NCBI RefSeq assembly: GCF_006345805.1
Contig: NC_043006.1
Coordinates: 100,068,001 to 100,132,000, forward strand
Origin: Octopus sinensis
Taxonomy: Eukaryota
DNA: 64,000 nt
Direction: 5' to 3'
The number at the start of each line of letters is the position of its first letter. Position 1 is the stretch's first letter. Made by a program: the position numbers and the translations under genes. Under the pieces are notes generated by a model. It did not search any database, had not been told where the DNA came from, and saw only the letters and a program-made list of their open reading frames with translations. Positions 14,041-24,696 of this stretch are shown in pieces.

Positions 14041-14621
14041 AATGTGTGTGTAAACATACATGCTTGTATGTGTATATATATATATATACAGATATATATA
14101 AATGTATATGTACATATATAGGCAAATATACGTGTAAAAATACATGAACACGCGCACATCCACATTCACTTCTCTGTCTCTCTCTGTCACTCTCTCACAC
14201 ACTTTTTCTCTCTCTCTCTCTGTATATATATATATCTATATATACATATATATACATATATATACATACATACATGCATGCATACATACTATCATATATA
14301 CATAACCATGCGCGTGTGTATATATGCATGCATATATTTCCATTAACTTCTATGTACACGTGTGTGAGACTGTGCATGTGGCTTCGTGTGTTTCTGTTTA
14401 CATAAGGTTGGTATACGCTTAATGCAGTCAAAAGAGAAAATACAAGGAATCAATACAGATACAAATGTTATATAATTTATAGGAAGATGAGTTTTCAGAA
14501 ATGATTACTCTCATTTGCGGAAGAGAAATTTCAGAAACGAAGGACTCGGAGTAACGATTTTTGAGATTGACAAAAATTTGTTCACAGCAACATTTATATG
14601 TAAATAAAAGTATAGGTGTTA

Positions 14622-14835
14622 GAGGTAGCGACCTGGCAGTATCGTTAGCATACCGATCAAAATGCTTAGCGGCATCTCGTCCGTCTTGACAATTTGATTT
14701 CCAAATTCCAGCTTGGTTGATTTTCCTTTTCATTGTTTCAGGGTCGATTAAATAAGTACAAAAGGAGCACTGGGGGTCAAAGTAATCGACCTAACCCCTG
14801 TCACAAATGGTGCCCTAGGCCCAAAATTTGAAGCG
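14622..14835 (+). mobile_element. SINE family C, diverged
   Basis: ctggcagtatcgttagcataccgatcaaaatgcttagcggc ... gggtcgattaaataagtac. Confidence 0.7.
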
Positions 14836-14864
14836 GAAGCACACACATACATTAATGTATATAT

Positions 14865-14915
<51 letters not shown>

Positions 14916-14925
14916 TATATATATA

Positions 14926-15168
14926 TGAGGGGTTGCTAAAAAGTTCCTGGCTTTAAGGCCACGCGACAGGTCAGATTGCATGCCCCACCTTCTGAGTTCT
15001 TTTCCAATCCTTAAACAAAGCCTTACAGAAACTGAAGGGCTGCTACAATATGTATATGAATCGGACAGAGGAATATAGGACAGAGGAATATAGTTAATAT
15101 AGTCGTAATTGACTGAATCTGGGGTTTTCAGTTTTTCCCAATGCTATTAAATTTTCAGCCCCCTATCG
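14926..15168. mobile_element. Mariner-type MITE, copy 1
   Basis: TA|tgaggggttgctaaaaagt ... attttcagccccctatcg|TA imperfect TIRs. Confidence 0.7.
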
Positions 15169-15241
15169 TATGTCTGTGTATGAATTTATATCGATATATA
15201 TGCATGTATATCTGCATGTATGTGTGTGTCTATATTATATA

Positions 15242-15273
<32 letters not shown>

Positions 15274-15294
15274 CTATATATATATATATATATA

Positions 15295-15521
15295 TGAGGG
15301 GTTGCTAAAAAGTTCCTGGCTTTAAGGCCACGCGACAGGCCAGATTGCATGCCCCACCTTCTGAGTTCTTTTCCAATCCTTAACAAAGCCTTACAGAAAC
15401 TGAAGGGCTGCTACAATATGTATATGAATCGGACAGAGGAATATAGTTAATATAGTCGTAATTGACTGAATCTGGGGTTTTCAGTTTTTCCCAATGCTAT
15501 TAAATTTTCAGCCCCCTATCG
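15295..15521. mobile_element. Mariner-type MITE, copy 2 (tandem duplication)
   Basis: Near-identical to 14926-15168, and the downstream flank is duplicated too. Confidence 0.7.
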
Positions 15522-15573
15522 TATGTCTGTGTATGAATTTATATCGATATATATGCATGTATATCTGCATGTA

Positions 15574-15614
<41 letters not shown>

Positions 15615-16016
15615 TTTACTCTCTTTTACTCTTTTACTAGTTTTAGTCATTTGAATGCGGCCATGCTGGAGCACCGCCTTTAGTCGAGCAACTCGACCCC
15701 GGGACTTATTCTTTGTAACCCCAGTACTTATTCTATCGGTCTCTTTTTGCCGAACCGCTAAGTGACGGGGACATAAACACACCAGCATCTGTTGTCAAGC
15801 GATGTTGGGGGGGAGGGACAAACACAGACACACAAACATACACGCACACACACATATATATATATATACATATATACGACGGGCTTCTTTCAGTTTCCAT
15901 CTACCAAATCCACTCACAAGGCTTTGGTCGGCCCGAGGCTATAGCAGAAGACACTTGCCCAAGATGCCACGCAGTGGGACTGAACCCGGACCCATGTGGT
16001 TGGTAAAGAAGCTACT

Positions 16017-18154
16017 TTATTTCAAAACATTTGCCATAAAGGCAGTACACAGATTAAGTTAGCTTTGCGGGCTGGACGAGGACATTAATGAGGTGAATGA
16101 TAACGAAAGAAAGATAAGGATGGGAGAAGACAGAAAGCGCCCGCCGACTTTTGCTTCTCTAAAACATTGTTCTTTTTAAAAAGATAAACAGAAAACGAGG
16201 TATTAAACTTCTTACAATTTTTCAATTTTTGGACTTAAGTCCATTACTAATAATACATATCGTCCTCGAAATAGCTTGTGCCCGCGCCCTCCACCATCAA
16301 CCACGCCTCCCTCAGAACGTAGTCAAGTTCCGAGTTCGCGTCGCCCGGGACCAAGTTATAACCTTCATTGAGCTCCTTTAGTCCTACCGTCACGTCGAAC
16401 GCCACGGCCTCCACAGCTACCTGCGGAGGCCATTCGGGGTCCTGTGTGAAGGCTAAAGGTGCTCCCTTGTAGTGCTCTTCCATCACCTTTTCAATTTCTC
16501 CTCCTCTATAGAAGGGGACCAATACATTCAGTTCTTTCGTTGGCGGCACAGTTCTCGCCAACGGTATTCCTTCTCTTGTCGGTGGCACAACCCCAACCGA
16601 CGTAGTTCCGCGACATTCTGGTGCTACACTGACAGCCGGTAATGTCCCGTTTTTCTTCCTCATTTTCTTTTTTTTCTTTCCCTTTTCAACTAAGGGAGGG
16701 TGCATCTCCTCCGTGGCTGGATGATTCGCCTTCCTCTCCTCATCCCTATTATCCTTTGGTGAGCACCCATTGTTGCTCACCTTCCTCTTTCGGCCTCTGT
16801 TTGAGGAGTCCTCTGCTTTCTCAGCCGTTATCGTTCCCTCTTCTAGAGGGGTTTTACTTAACTGTTCCCGGATCCTATTTTGTTCCCGAGGACAGTTCTT
16901 CTTTATGTGGCCGGACTCCAAGCACCGATGACACTTAGGGGGGCGACCCTCAAGCATCACCGGGTACCTGCACCCGGCCATTTTCAAAAAATCTGGAAGA
17001 ACTAGATTGGCTGATTGGGTCCACAGGGTCAAAATTGCTTTCGACCCAACCCAAGCAGCCCCAGGAAGACCTTTTACATTGAGGAGCTTAGTTTCGCTGT
17101 CACCCAGACCCCGGCGGATAGTCTCCTCTATCCATTCGGGTTCTATGTCGGGTAGCAGTCCGCAGATCCAAGCTTTCATCAATTTCTTTTTTTTGTACGT
17201 GGGCAGGAATAAGATTTCCTTACCCTCCAAGGGTTTGCTAGCAAATTTGCAAGCCTCTTCAGGGGTGTCAAATAGCAACCACACCGTTGCATATTTGACA
17301 CCCCTGGAAATGAATTTAATTGTTGGCAAATACTCTTCCAACTCCTCCTCAATTGCCGTCTTTTCGAATAGGGCGATGGTGTCGAGTGCCTTGGAGTAGG
17401 TTCTCAACACCACCGTCCTATCTTCACGGTCTTTTAACCACTTTTTATGTGGTATGATTTCCCACTCCAAAATTTTGTTATTTTTCATTGCCATGTTTTT
17501 TTTAAAATATATTCAAATTAAACTCAAAAAGCAGGAAGAAAAAAGTTCAAAAGTCCAAATAAAATTTGATAGATTTTTGAAAAAACAAAAAGGAGAAAGC
17601 ACAACAGATTGGAGGAAATCAACGGAAAGTCGCAATAAAGAAAAAAAACAAAAGGGGGGGGGGGTAAATGAAGTTCAAAAGAAAGTTAATAAACAGAAAA
17701 AAAACACAGCAAAAATATTCTGGCCTTGCGGCACTCCCGGCCTGGGTTAAACCTGGAACGCCGCAACTGCAACACAACCTCCACAAAAATGGGTCCGAAA
17801 TGTAATCCAATAGTGGCTTATTTTTATAATTTTCTTGCGAAGTAGTAAAACACAAGCAAACAAATTAATTTTTGCGGAGGGGCTACACCTCCTCAAAAAG
17901 CACAATTCTCACTAAAGAGTGAGACCTTAGACACGACAACAGGCAGAGAAATATATCTGAAGTAAAGTGAAGTTTATTACCCGCAAAAAAATATTAATGC
18001 TAGATAACGTTAACTGCTAAATAACATTAAGCAAGCAATAAACTTCACTATGCTTCTAAAAATACAGAACGTGTTACCTGTCGCCGAGTCAAAAGTTCAA
18101 CATTTCACGTTCAAACACGTGACATTTGCAGGAGCAAAAAACAACACGTCTGTC
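16017..18154 (-). mobile_element. ORF1-only non-autonomous LINE-like element inserted in a SINE head, with target-site duplication
   Basis: Flanked by tggtaaagaagctact (16001-16016) and tggtaagaagctact (18155-18169). The SINE sequence resumes on both sides. The 3' end reads ...ttttgaaataa. About 660 bp 5' UTR and 230 bp 3' UTR. Confidence 0.85.
16247..17494 (-). CDS. Non-LTR retrotransposon ORF1/gag-like nucleic-acid-binding protein (L1/Tx1-type), 415 aa, intact
   Basis: Uninterrupted 415-aa ORF with EGRPPKCHRCLESGHIKKNCP (C-x2-C-x4-H-x4-C knuckle), followed by a basic/low-complexity region (KKKKKMRKK). No RT or endonuclease ORF follows it. Confidence 0.85.
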   Translation of the reverse strand: MAMKNNKILEWEIIPHKKWLKDREDRTVVLRTYSKALDTIALFEKTAIEEELEEYLPTIKFISRGVKYATVWLLFDTPEEACKFASKPLEGKEILFLPTYKKKKLMKAWICGLLPDIEPEWIEETIRRGLGDSETKLLNVKGLPGAAWVGSKAILTLWTQSANLVLPDFLKMAGCRYPVMLEGRPPKCHRCLESGHIKKNCPREQNRIREQLSKTPLEEGTITAEKAEDSSNRGRKRKVSNNGCSPKDNRDEERKANHPATEEMHPPLVEKGKKKKKMRKKNGTLPAVSVAPECRGTTSVGVVPPTREGIPLARTVPPTKELNVLVPFYRGGEIEKVMEEHYKGAPLAFTQDPEWPPQVAVEAVAFDVTVGLKELNEGYNLVPGDANSELDYVLREAWLMVEGAGTSYFEDDMYY

Positions 18155-18190
18155 TGGTAAGAAGCTACTTACCACACAGCCACTCCTTCG

Positions 18191-18246
<56 letters not shown>

Positions 18247-18252
18247 GGTGTG

Positions 18253-18285
<33 letters not shown>

Positions 18286-18568
18286 ATGTGTGTGTGTGTG
18301 TTTGTATGTCTGTGTGCCCGTGCCTCTCTATGTACATATAGAGAGAGAGTTTACGAAAAAAACAACAAAAGACGAAGATAGGTGGTGTACAAAGCAAACA
18401 GATGTATTAGTATAACGCTAAGGAATAGAAAAGTCTTTTATGTTTCGAGCCTACGCTCCTCTACAGAAAGGGACACAGAAAAAAGCAAGGAGAGAACAAG
18501 GAAAGAAAAAAATATGTCTAGTGGCTAACGATCTATCATGGCGACTGTATATATATATATATTATATA

Positions 18569-18610
<42 letters not shown>

Positions 18611-18984
18611 GTATATATATATATATGTATACACACATGTATTATTTTATGAGAGCATGATTGAATGCGTGTGTGTGATTAAGCAGAACCCAGCTATTCT
18701 TATTTCCTTGATTCTCCTTGATATCTAATATAGAATATTGGCCTGATTTATTCCATTAATATGTTACTGTTTTGAGACGCATAATCTCATCTTCAGAATA
18801 AATTTATGATAAAATTAACGTTTCGTTCGTGCTGTTCAAACAATACTACGAGCTCTTTCGAAAGTTTCAGCTCTTGATTGAAATATTATAAAATAGTAAA
18901 ATTTGGAATATATCAGAGGTATTTTGCATTTGATGAAGATTTTCCCAAAATTTACCCCTATTAAAGTGTAAAGAAACTCTTCGG

Positions 18985-19290
18985 TATGAATGGTCATAGG
19001 ATTGCGCTTCGAAAGTTTCCCTCCGAGGCCCCAGTCCGGCCAAACTTCTTTGTGGAAGTACAGCAAGTCGCCCGTGTATACCATGCCAATGATGCTCTCC
19101 AAGGGAAAGCTAAAGGCCGATACAACTTGGTGCCAGTGAGGTCGCAATTCATTTCTAGAGCTGAATGAAGTGGAGCAGCGTGAAAATAAAGTGTCTTGCT
19201 CAAGAACACAAGACACAACCTCGTCTAGGAATCGAACTCACTACCATACGATTTTGAGCCCGACGAACTAACCATTAAGCCATGCCTCTA
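18985..19290 (-). mobile_element. SINE family D
   Basis: ttggtgccagtgaggtcgcaattcatttctagagctgaatgaagtggagcagcgtgaaaataaagtgtcttgctcaagaacac. Confidence 0.8.
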
Positions 19291-19764
19291 TAAAGTTCCG
19301 CATTTTGCTGATGCAACAGCTGCCATTGTATAGATACACATACACGAACTCACACTCGCATACTCGCATTCACATATACATCTATTTACATGTATGTATG
19401 TGTGTGTGTGGCGGAGTGTGGTGTGCGCGTGGGCGGGCGCGCGAGCGGGCGCATGATCTAGCGTTTAGGGAGCTGCACTCGAGATCGCGAGAACGAGGCT
19501 TCAAATACTAAACCTGTTGGTGCGTTGTATTCTTGATCAAAATACTTCATCTCACGTTCCTCTGCGATCACTTTGACGCCTGACATTTGGTGAACCCTGC
19601 ATCTGCTTAGGTGACGTAGGCTTGATGGATGGGGTGGGGTAGGGGACGAGCAAATGTACAGCATAAGTATTTGGTCACTATAAACAAATCATTTATTCAG
19701 ATTGTTTAATAAGAAATTGCAGAATCGACATCTCCAGACTACGAGAGACCAGCATCATATCATG

Positions 19765-19799
<35 letters not shown>

Positions 19800-19802
<3 letters not shown>

Positions 19803-20196
19803 TTATATATAAAAGAGAGGTTGTGTGCTGTCTGTCTCCTACGATTTAGATTCCTAACTACTCCCACATTTTGCGGTGCAGTTTAACCAAAAGCGGGTAT
19901 CTTATAGTCGTGATTCATATCTAGCCCTTCTGGGTATTAGCGCGCGTCTACGATGAGTCTACGATTTAAAAAAAAATTACCATCATTTTTTCCCATATTT
20001 AATGCATTTTTTGGCTATTATATAAGGGAAGTAACTCTCTAAAAATGTATTATTAAATCTCAGAACGTAAAAAGCTACAGTAACACTCCCTTTTGTGGTT
20101 AGCCATATTGAGATGGCTATTATACTTTACATCTCTAAAAATGCTTATATAGTTATTTCCCTTACAAACCCGAGCAACGCCGGATGATACTGCTAG
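19800..20196 (+). mobile_element. Non-autonomous Helitron
   Basis: 5' TC, 3' CTAG, subterminal hairpin ccgagcaacgccgg, inserted between A and T. Homologous to two other copies. Confidence 0.85.
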
Positions 20197-20215
20197 TATA
20201 TATATATATATATAT

Positions 20216-20248
<33 letters not shown>

Positions 20249-20943
20249 CTAAGAAATTATCAAGAACTGACGTACGAGATTATGTTTACTTACAACAAAA
20301 CCATTGAATATCAATATGCAATACAAAACAAGACAAAATCATAAACGATAGTGAAGGCGTAGACATTCATTAAATCATAAAAATAGACACACAGTTAAAA
20401 GAATGCTTCAATCGAATAATTATAAGGCATTGTGAAAGACAATGTAAAGTTGACATTACTACCGTATGATTTATCCCATTTTCATTGATTATAATTTTCG
20501 AAATATGTTATTTTTTCAGTCTTATTGTACGCCTTGCATCAAATTTTACAAACGGCGTCTCACTAAGCACATCTCCTCGAGATTTTTCTCATATCTACAT
20601 TATCTCTATTTATATCGCCATTTCTCAAAGACTGCTTTCTGAAATGAGCATTATCATGCCACACAAAATGTTTAGAGGCATTTCTTTGGCCTTCGTGATG
20701 TGTGTTCAAATTCTATCACGGTCTACTTTGCCTTTCATCCCTTTCGGACTCTATATAAAGAGTACCACTCGGTCATGGAGTATGGTGAATTTAGATGTAC
20801 CTTTCCCTAAATTATCAGACCCTATGCCTCATAATAGAAAGAAGGGAGACATTTCCATTCCTCTCCTTTTAACTTGTACATTTAAATTTCATTCCCTATT
20901 TCCTTTTTCCCTCTTTCTCTGAATCTCCATCTTATTTTTTTAC

Positions 20944-21175
20944 TGCTCACAAGGAGCTACACACAGAGGGGACAAACAAGGACAGACGAACGGATTAAGT
21001 CGGTTATATCGACCCCAGTGCGTAACTGGTATTTATTTAATCGACCCCGATAGGATGAAAGGCAAAGTCGGACTCAATGGAATTTGAACTCAGAACGTAG
21101 CGGCAGACGAAATACCTGTTTCTTTACTACCCACAAGGGGCTAAACACAGAGGGGACAAACAAGGACAGACAAAC
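20944..21175 (-). mobile_element. SINE family C with duplicated 3' segment
   Basis: gaccccgataggatgaaaggcaaagtcg ... gaatttgaactcagaacgt. The segment ca..ggggctaaacacagaggggacaaacaaggacaga occurs twice. Confidence 0.8.
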
Positions 21176-21257
<82 letters not shown>

Positions 21258-21259
<2 letters not shown>

Positions 21260-21560
21260 AGGCGCAATGGCCCAGTGGTTTGGGCAGCGGACTCGCGGTC
21301 GTAGGATCGCGGTTTCGATTCCCAGACCGGGCGTTGTGTGTGTTTATTGAGCGAAAACACCTAAAAAGCTCCACGAGGCTCCGGCAGGGGGTGGTGATCC
21401 CTGCTGTACTCTTTCACCACTCCTCCTCTCACTCTTTCTTCTGTTGGCCTGCTCGCTTAGCCGGCGGGGTGGTGTCATTCGAAGGGTAAAACAATGCATG
21501 CAAACGCATTGTGACCAGCGATGTGTAGCAACATCTGATGGTCTGGTCGGTCACGTGATC
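21258..21560 (+). mobile_element. SINE family B, 3' tail variant 2
   Basis: Same 5' ~170 bp as the 24697 copy, with a different 3' module ending gtcggtcacgtgatc. Confidence 0.85.
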
Positions 21561-21564
21561 CCGT

Positions 21565-21595
<31 letters not shown>

Positions 21596-21599
<4 letters not shown>

Positions 21600-21753
21600 G
21601 ACGGGCTTCTTCATGTTTCCGTCTACGAAATCCACTCGCAAGGCTTTGGTCAGCCCGGGGCTATACTAGAAGACACTTGCCCAAGGTGCCACGCAGCGGG
21701 ACTGAAGCGGAACCATGTGGTTGGTAAGCAAGTTTCTTACCACTCCTGCGCCT
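21596..21753 (-). mobile_element. SINE family A, 5' part only
   Basis: Matches head and body of the 23170-23579 copy up to the internal (TA)n. Confidence 0.85.
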
Positions 21754-21990
21754 ATGTGTGTATATATATATATATAATATATATATATATAAGAGATAAT
21801 GGTGTCATTGAGACCCAAAGGGGTCAGGTAATGCTGAATAAGTGCTATAGACAGACCATAGTTAAGTTCCAGACTCGGTAATAAAGGGTTCAACGTTGGT
21901 TCTTTGTCAACGTGTGTATATATGAATTTTTGCTTAATGAGATAAAACAAACCAAGGCTGTATAGATATTAGAGCATTTATAGGTAGAAG

Positions 21991-22045
21991 GTCTTACATC
22001 TGTTTCTAGGATATTAATTAATAATAATATCCTTTCATCGGAGAC
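21991..22045 (-). ncRNA. Type I hammerhead motif (U4C variant)
   Basis: gtct-CCGATGA-a-aggatatta-loop-taatatcct-a-GAAA-cagatg-TA-agac. Confidence 0.65.
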
Positions 22046-22482
22046 GGTGTGAGAGGAAAAATTAAGTCATATCCGATGAAAGGATGTTATTATTAATTAA
22101 TATAGGTATTGAGTTCATAAATTCGTTTTATAGGCATAATGGTATATATGTGTAATATTCCAATATCCTTTGAGTAAAATCCACAACTTTAAGAGAATCT
22201 TACGTTGCTTATAAACTTTACATCTGGATGGACTCATATTAATACGGTTTTCGCTCCTTCTATTGGGTCTCACCGATTGTATCACACATTGTTCCCACGC
22301 ACTTCAAACATTCCCTCTGTTATTCATTCACATGTAGCCTTTCTCAACAAGCAGTCATTTCTTAATCTTACATGAACGTATACCCACACTTTGAAATATT
22401 TTTATTACAGTTTGGTAGCTTTAAAATAAGGTGAGACCTGCTTGTATCTAATTCCTAAAAACAATATACGAATAAATGAGCT

Positions 22483-22499
22483 TCATCATCATCATCATT

Positions 22500-22557
<58 letters not shown>

Positions 22558-22680
22558 CATCATCATCAGAGGCAGCAGCAGCATCGTCATCATCGTCAAC
22601 AATAACAACACATTATTATCATCATTATCGTCGTCGTCATCATCATCATCATCATCATCGTCATCATCATCATCATCATT

Positions 22681-22732
<52 letters not shown>

Positions 22733-22935
22733 ATCATCATCATCATCAGAGGCAGCAGAAGCATCGTCATCATCGTCAACAATAACAACACATCATTCTC
22801 ATCGTTATCTTCATGATCGTAATTTGTGATACTTAACATCATCTTCTTGTCAGTATCATGATCATCATCATTGCCATCAAGGTTATCACCATCACCACCG
22901 TCTCCACCGTCATCATTGCCATCAACACCATCATT
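22483..22935. repeat. Compound (CAT)n microsatellite with an internal ~60-bp duplication
   Basis: cagaggcagcag.agcatcgtcatcatcgtcaacaataacaacac occurs at ~22567 and ~22747. Confidence 0.9.
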
Positions 22936-23169
22936 TTTTTTCAGTATACTTTCTTAATTTTCCTCCTTCTCTTGTATTCTGGCACAGCACATATTTCTCT
23001 CCAATGCTCATCTCTCCTTCCTTCTCTTTCTCATTATTATCGGTTTCCTTACATCCTGCATTCTTTACATTTATTTTTCTTTCATATATTTTCTTTCTTG
23101 TCCCGTCTCATTCACCCTATCTTTCTCATTTATTTTGCTTCTTTTCTTTATTCTCCAAGCCTTTTAATT

Positions 23170-23579
23170 ACTCTCTTTTACTCTTTTACTTGTTTCAGTC
23201 ATTTGACTGCGGCCATGCTGGAGCACCGCCTTTAATCGAGCAACTCGACCCCGAGACTTTTTCTTTTGTAAGCCCAGTACTTATTCTATCGGTCTCTTTT
23301 GCCGAACCGCTAAGTGACGGGGACATAAACACACCAGCATCGGTTGTCAAGCAATGCTAGGGGGACAAACACAGACACACAAACACACACACGCATATAT
23401 ATATATACATATATACGACGGGCTTCTTTCTGTTTCCGTCTACCAAATCCACTCACAAGGCTTTGGTCGGCTCGAGGCTATAGTAGATGACACCTGCCCA
23501 AGGTGCCACGCAGTGGGACTGAACCCAGAACCATGTGATTGGTAAACAAGCTACTTACCACACAGCCACTCCTACGCCT
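23170..23579 (-). mobile_element. SINE family A, full length
   Basis: A and B boxes, internal microsatellite, octamer tail. Uninterrupted target ggtaaacaagctacttaccacacagcc. Confidence 0.9.
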
Positions 23580-24024
23580 TGTTGTTGTTTTAATTTTAAT
23601 GCTGTTGCTGTTGATGACAATCCTGTAGTTGTTATTGTCCTCATCCTCTGCATCCTTCTTTTCCTCCTTCTTTGCCTTTTTCTCATTCTTTCCATTTTTA
23701 TAGTCTTCTATCCTTTCTTCAATATTTTGGTACTTTTGCTCATTGAAGTTGAATCTGACCAATGCTTACTTTTTCCTTTGATGATAGTCCCCCCCCGCCC
23801 CTGTTACTTTCCTTACTCTCATTGTTTGCCCAGATATTCTCAAACTATTTGTCGAGGGGGGCAGTAACTCTGTTTCGTAGCCCTGCATCATTTAAGAAAC
23901 GGAAGTACTTGCTGAAAGAAAATATCGATGCATAGTTGTGATTAGATTAGGACATGATAATTCGCTCAATGTCGTTCTATTGAATTCTTTACTTACAACT
24001 ATAAAGCAATTGTGGCAGAAACGT

Positions 24025-24262
24025 AAGGCGGCGAGCTGGCAGAAGGGTTAGCACGCCGGGCGAAATGCGAAGCCGTATTTCGTCTGTCGATACGTTCCGA
24101 GTTCAAATTCCACCGAGGTCGACTTTGCCTTTCATCCTTCTCGGGGTCGATAATATTAAGTAACAGTTACGCACTGGGGTAGATGTAATCGACCTAATCC
24201 GTTTGTCTGTCCTTGTTTGTCCCCTCTGTGTTTAGACCCTTGTGGGTAGTAAAGAACTATAT
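24025..24262 (+). mobile_element. SINE family C, full length
   Basis: ggcggcgagctggcagaagggttagcacgccggg ... gagttcaaattccaccgaggtcgactttgcctttcatcc. Confidence 0.85.
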
Positions 24263-24696
24263 AAAGCAATTGACAGTTATTCGTGTGTCCCATCTATGGA
24301 TACAGAAGTTAAATTGTACTATTCTATGACAAATTAAGATTTGTATAGATGTCACTAAATTAACGACAGATGAACTCTAAGCTGCTAGTTTCTAATTTTA
24401 CCTGTAACTCACATTCTCCGAATGTCGATCTTCTGTATCTTAGACTATATATCTTGCATTAATTCTCCTTTATAACCGAAAGTAAAATCTGTCACAAAAT
24501 TGCTGGGTCACCAGGTCAGAGTTAATCCGAATTTCCAGCCATCTAAGCGTTAAGTGCATGACTACATTCTCACCAGAACGTCATATTGTCGTAGGGTTTT
24601 TTCAGTAAGCTAAACTTTGTTACGTATACCTTTGTATTCGACTTTGCATTTCTCAATTTTCTTCAGTTGTATATTGTGGTATTGTTTATACGGAGT

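Larger units (their letters stand above)
15612..18193 (-). mobile_element. tRNA-derived SINE family A, interrupted by the ORF1-only element
   Basis: Head ggcgaaggagtggctgtgtggtaag (A box) at 18155-18193. Remainder with B box ggttcagtccc, internal (TA)/(TG) tract and (AAAAGAGT)n tail at 15612-16016. Confidence 0.9.

Noticed and set aside
17510-18085. Possible intron in the 5' UTR of the ORF1 element (cag|gtaac donor and pyrimidine tract before the ATG)
   Set aside because: Splice-like words are common in T-rich sequence, and there is no second copy or transcript evidence in the window.
19535-19600. SAITLTPDIW resembling the first catalytic motif of hAT transposases
   Set aside because: Bounded by stop codons, with no other hAT motifs or TIRs.
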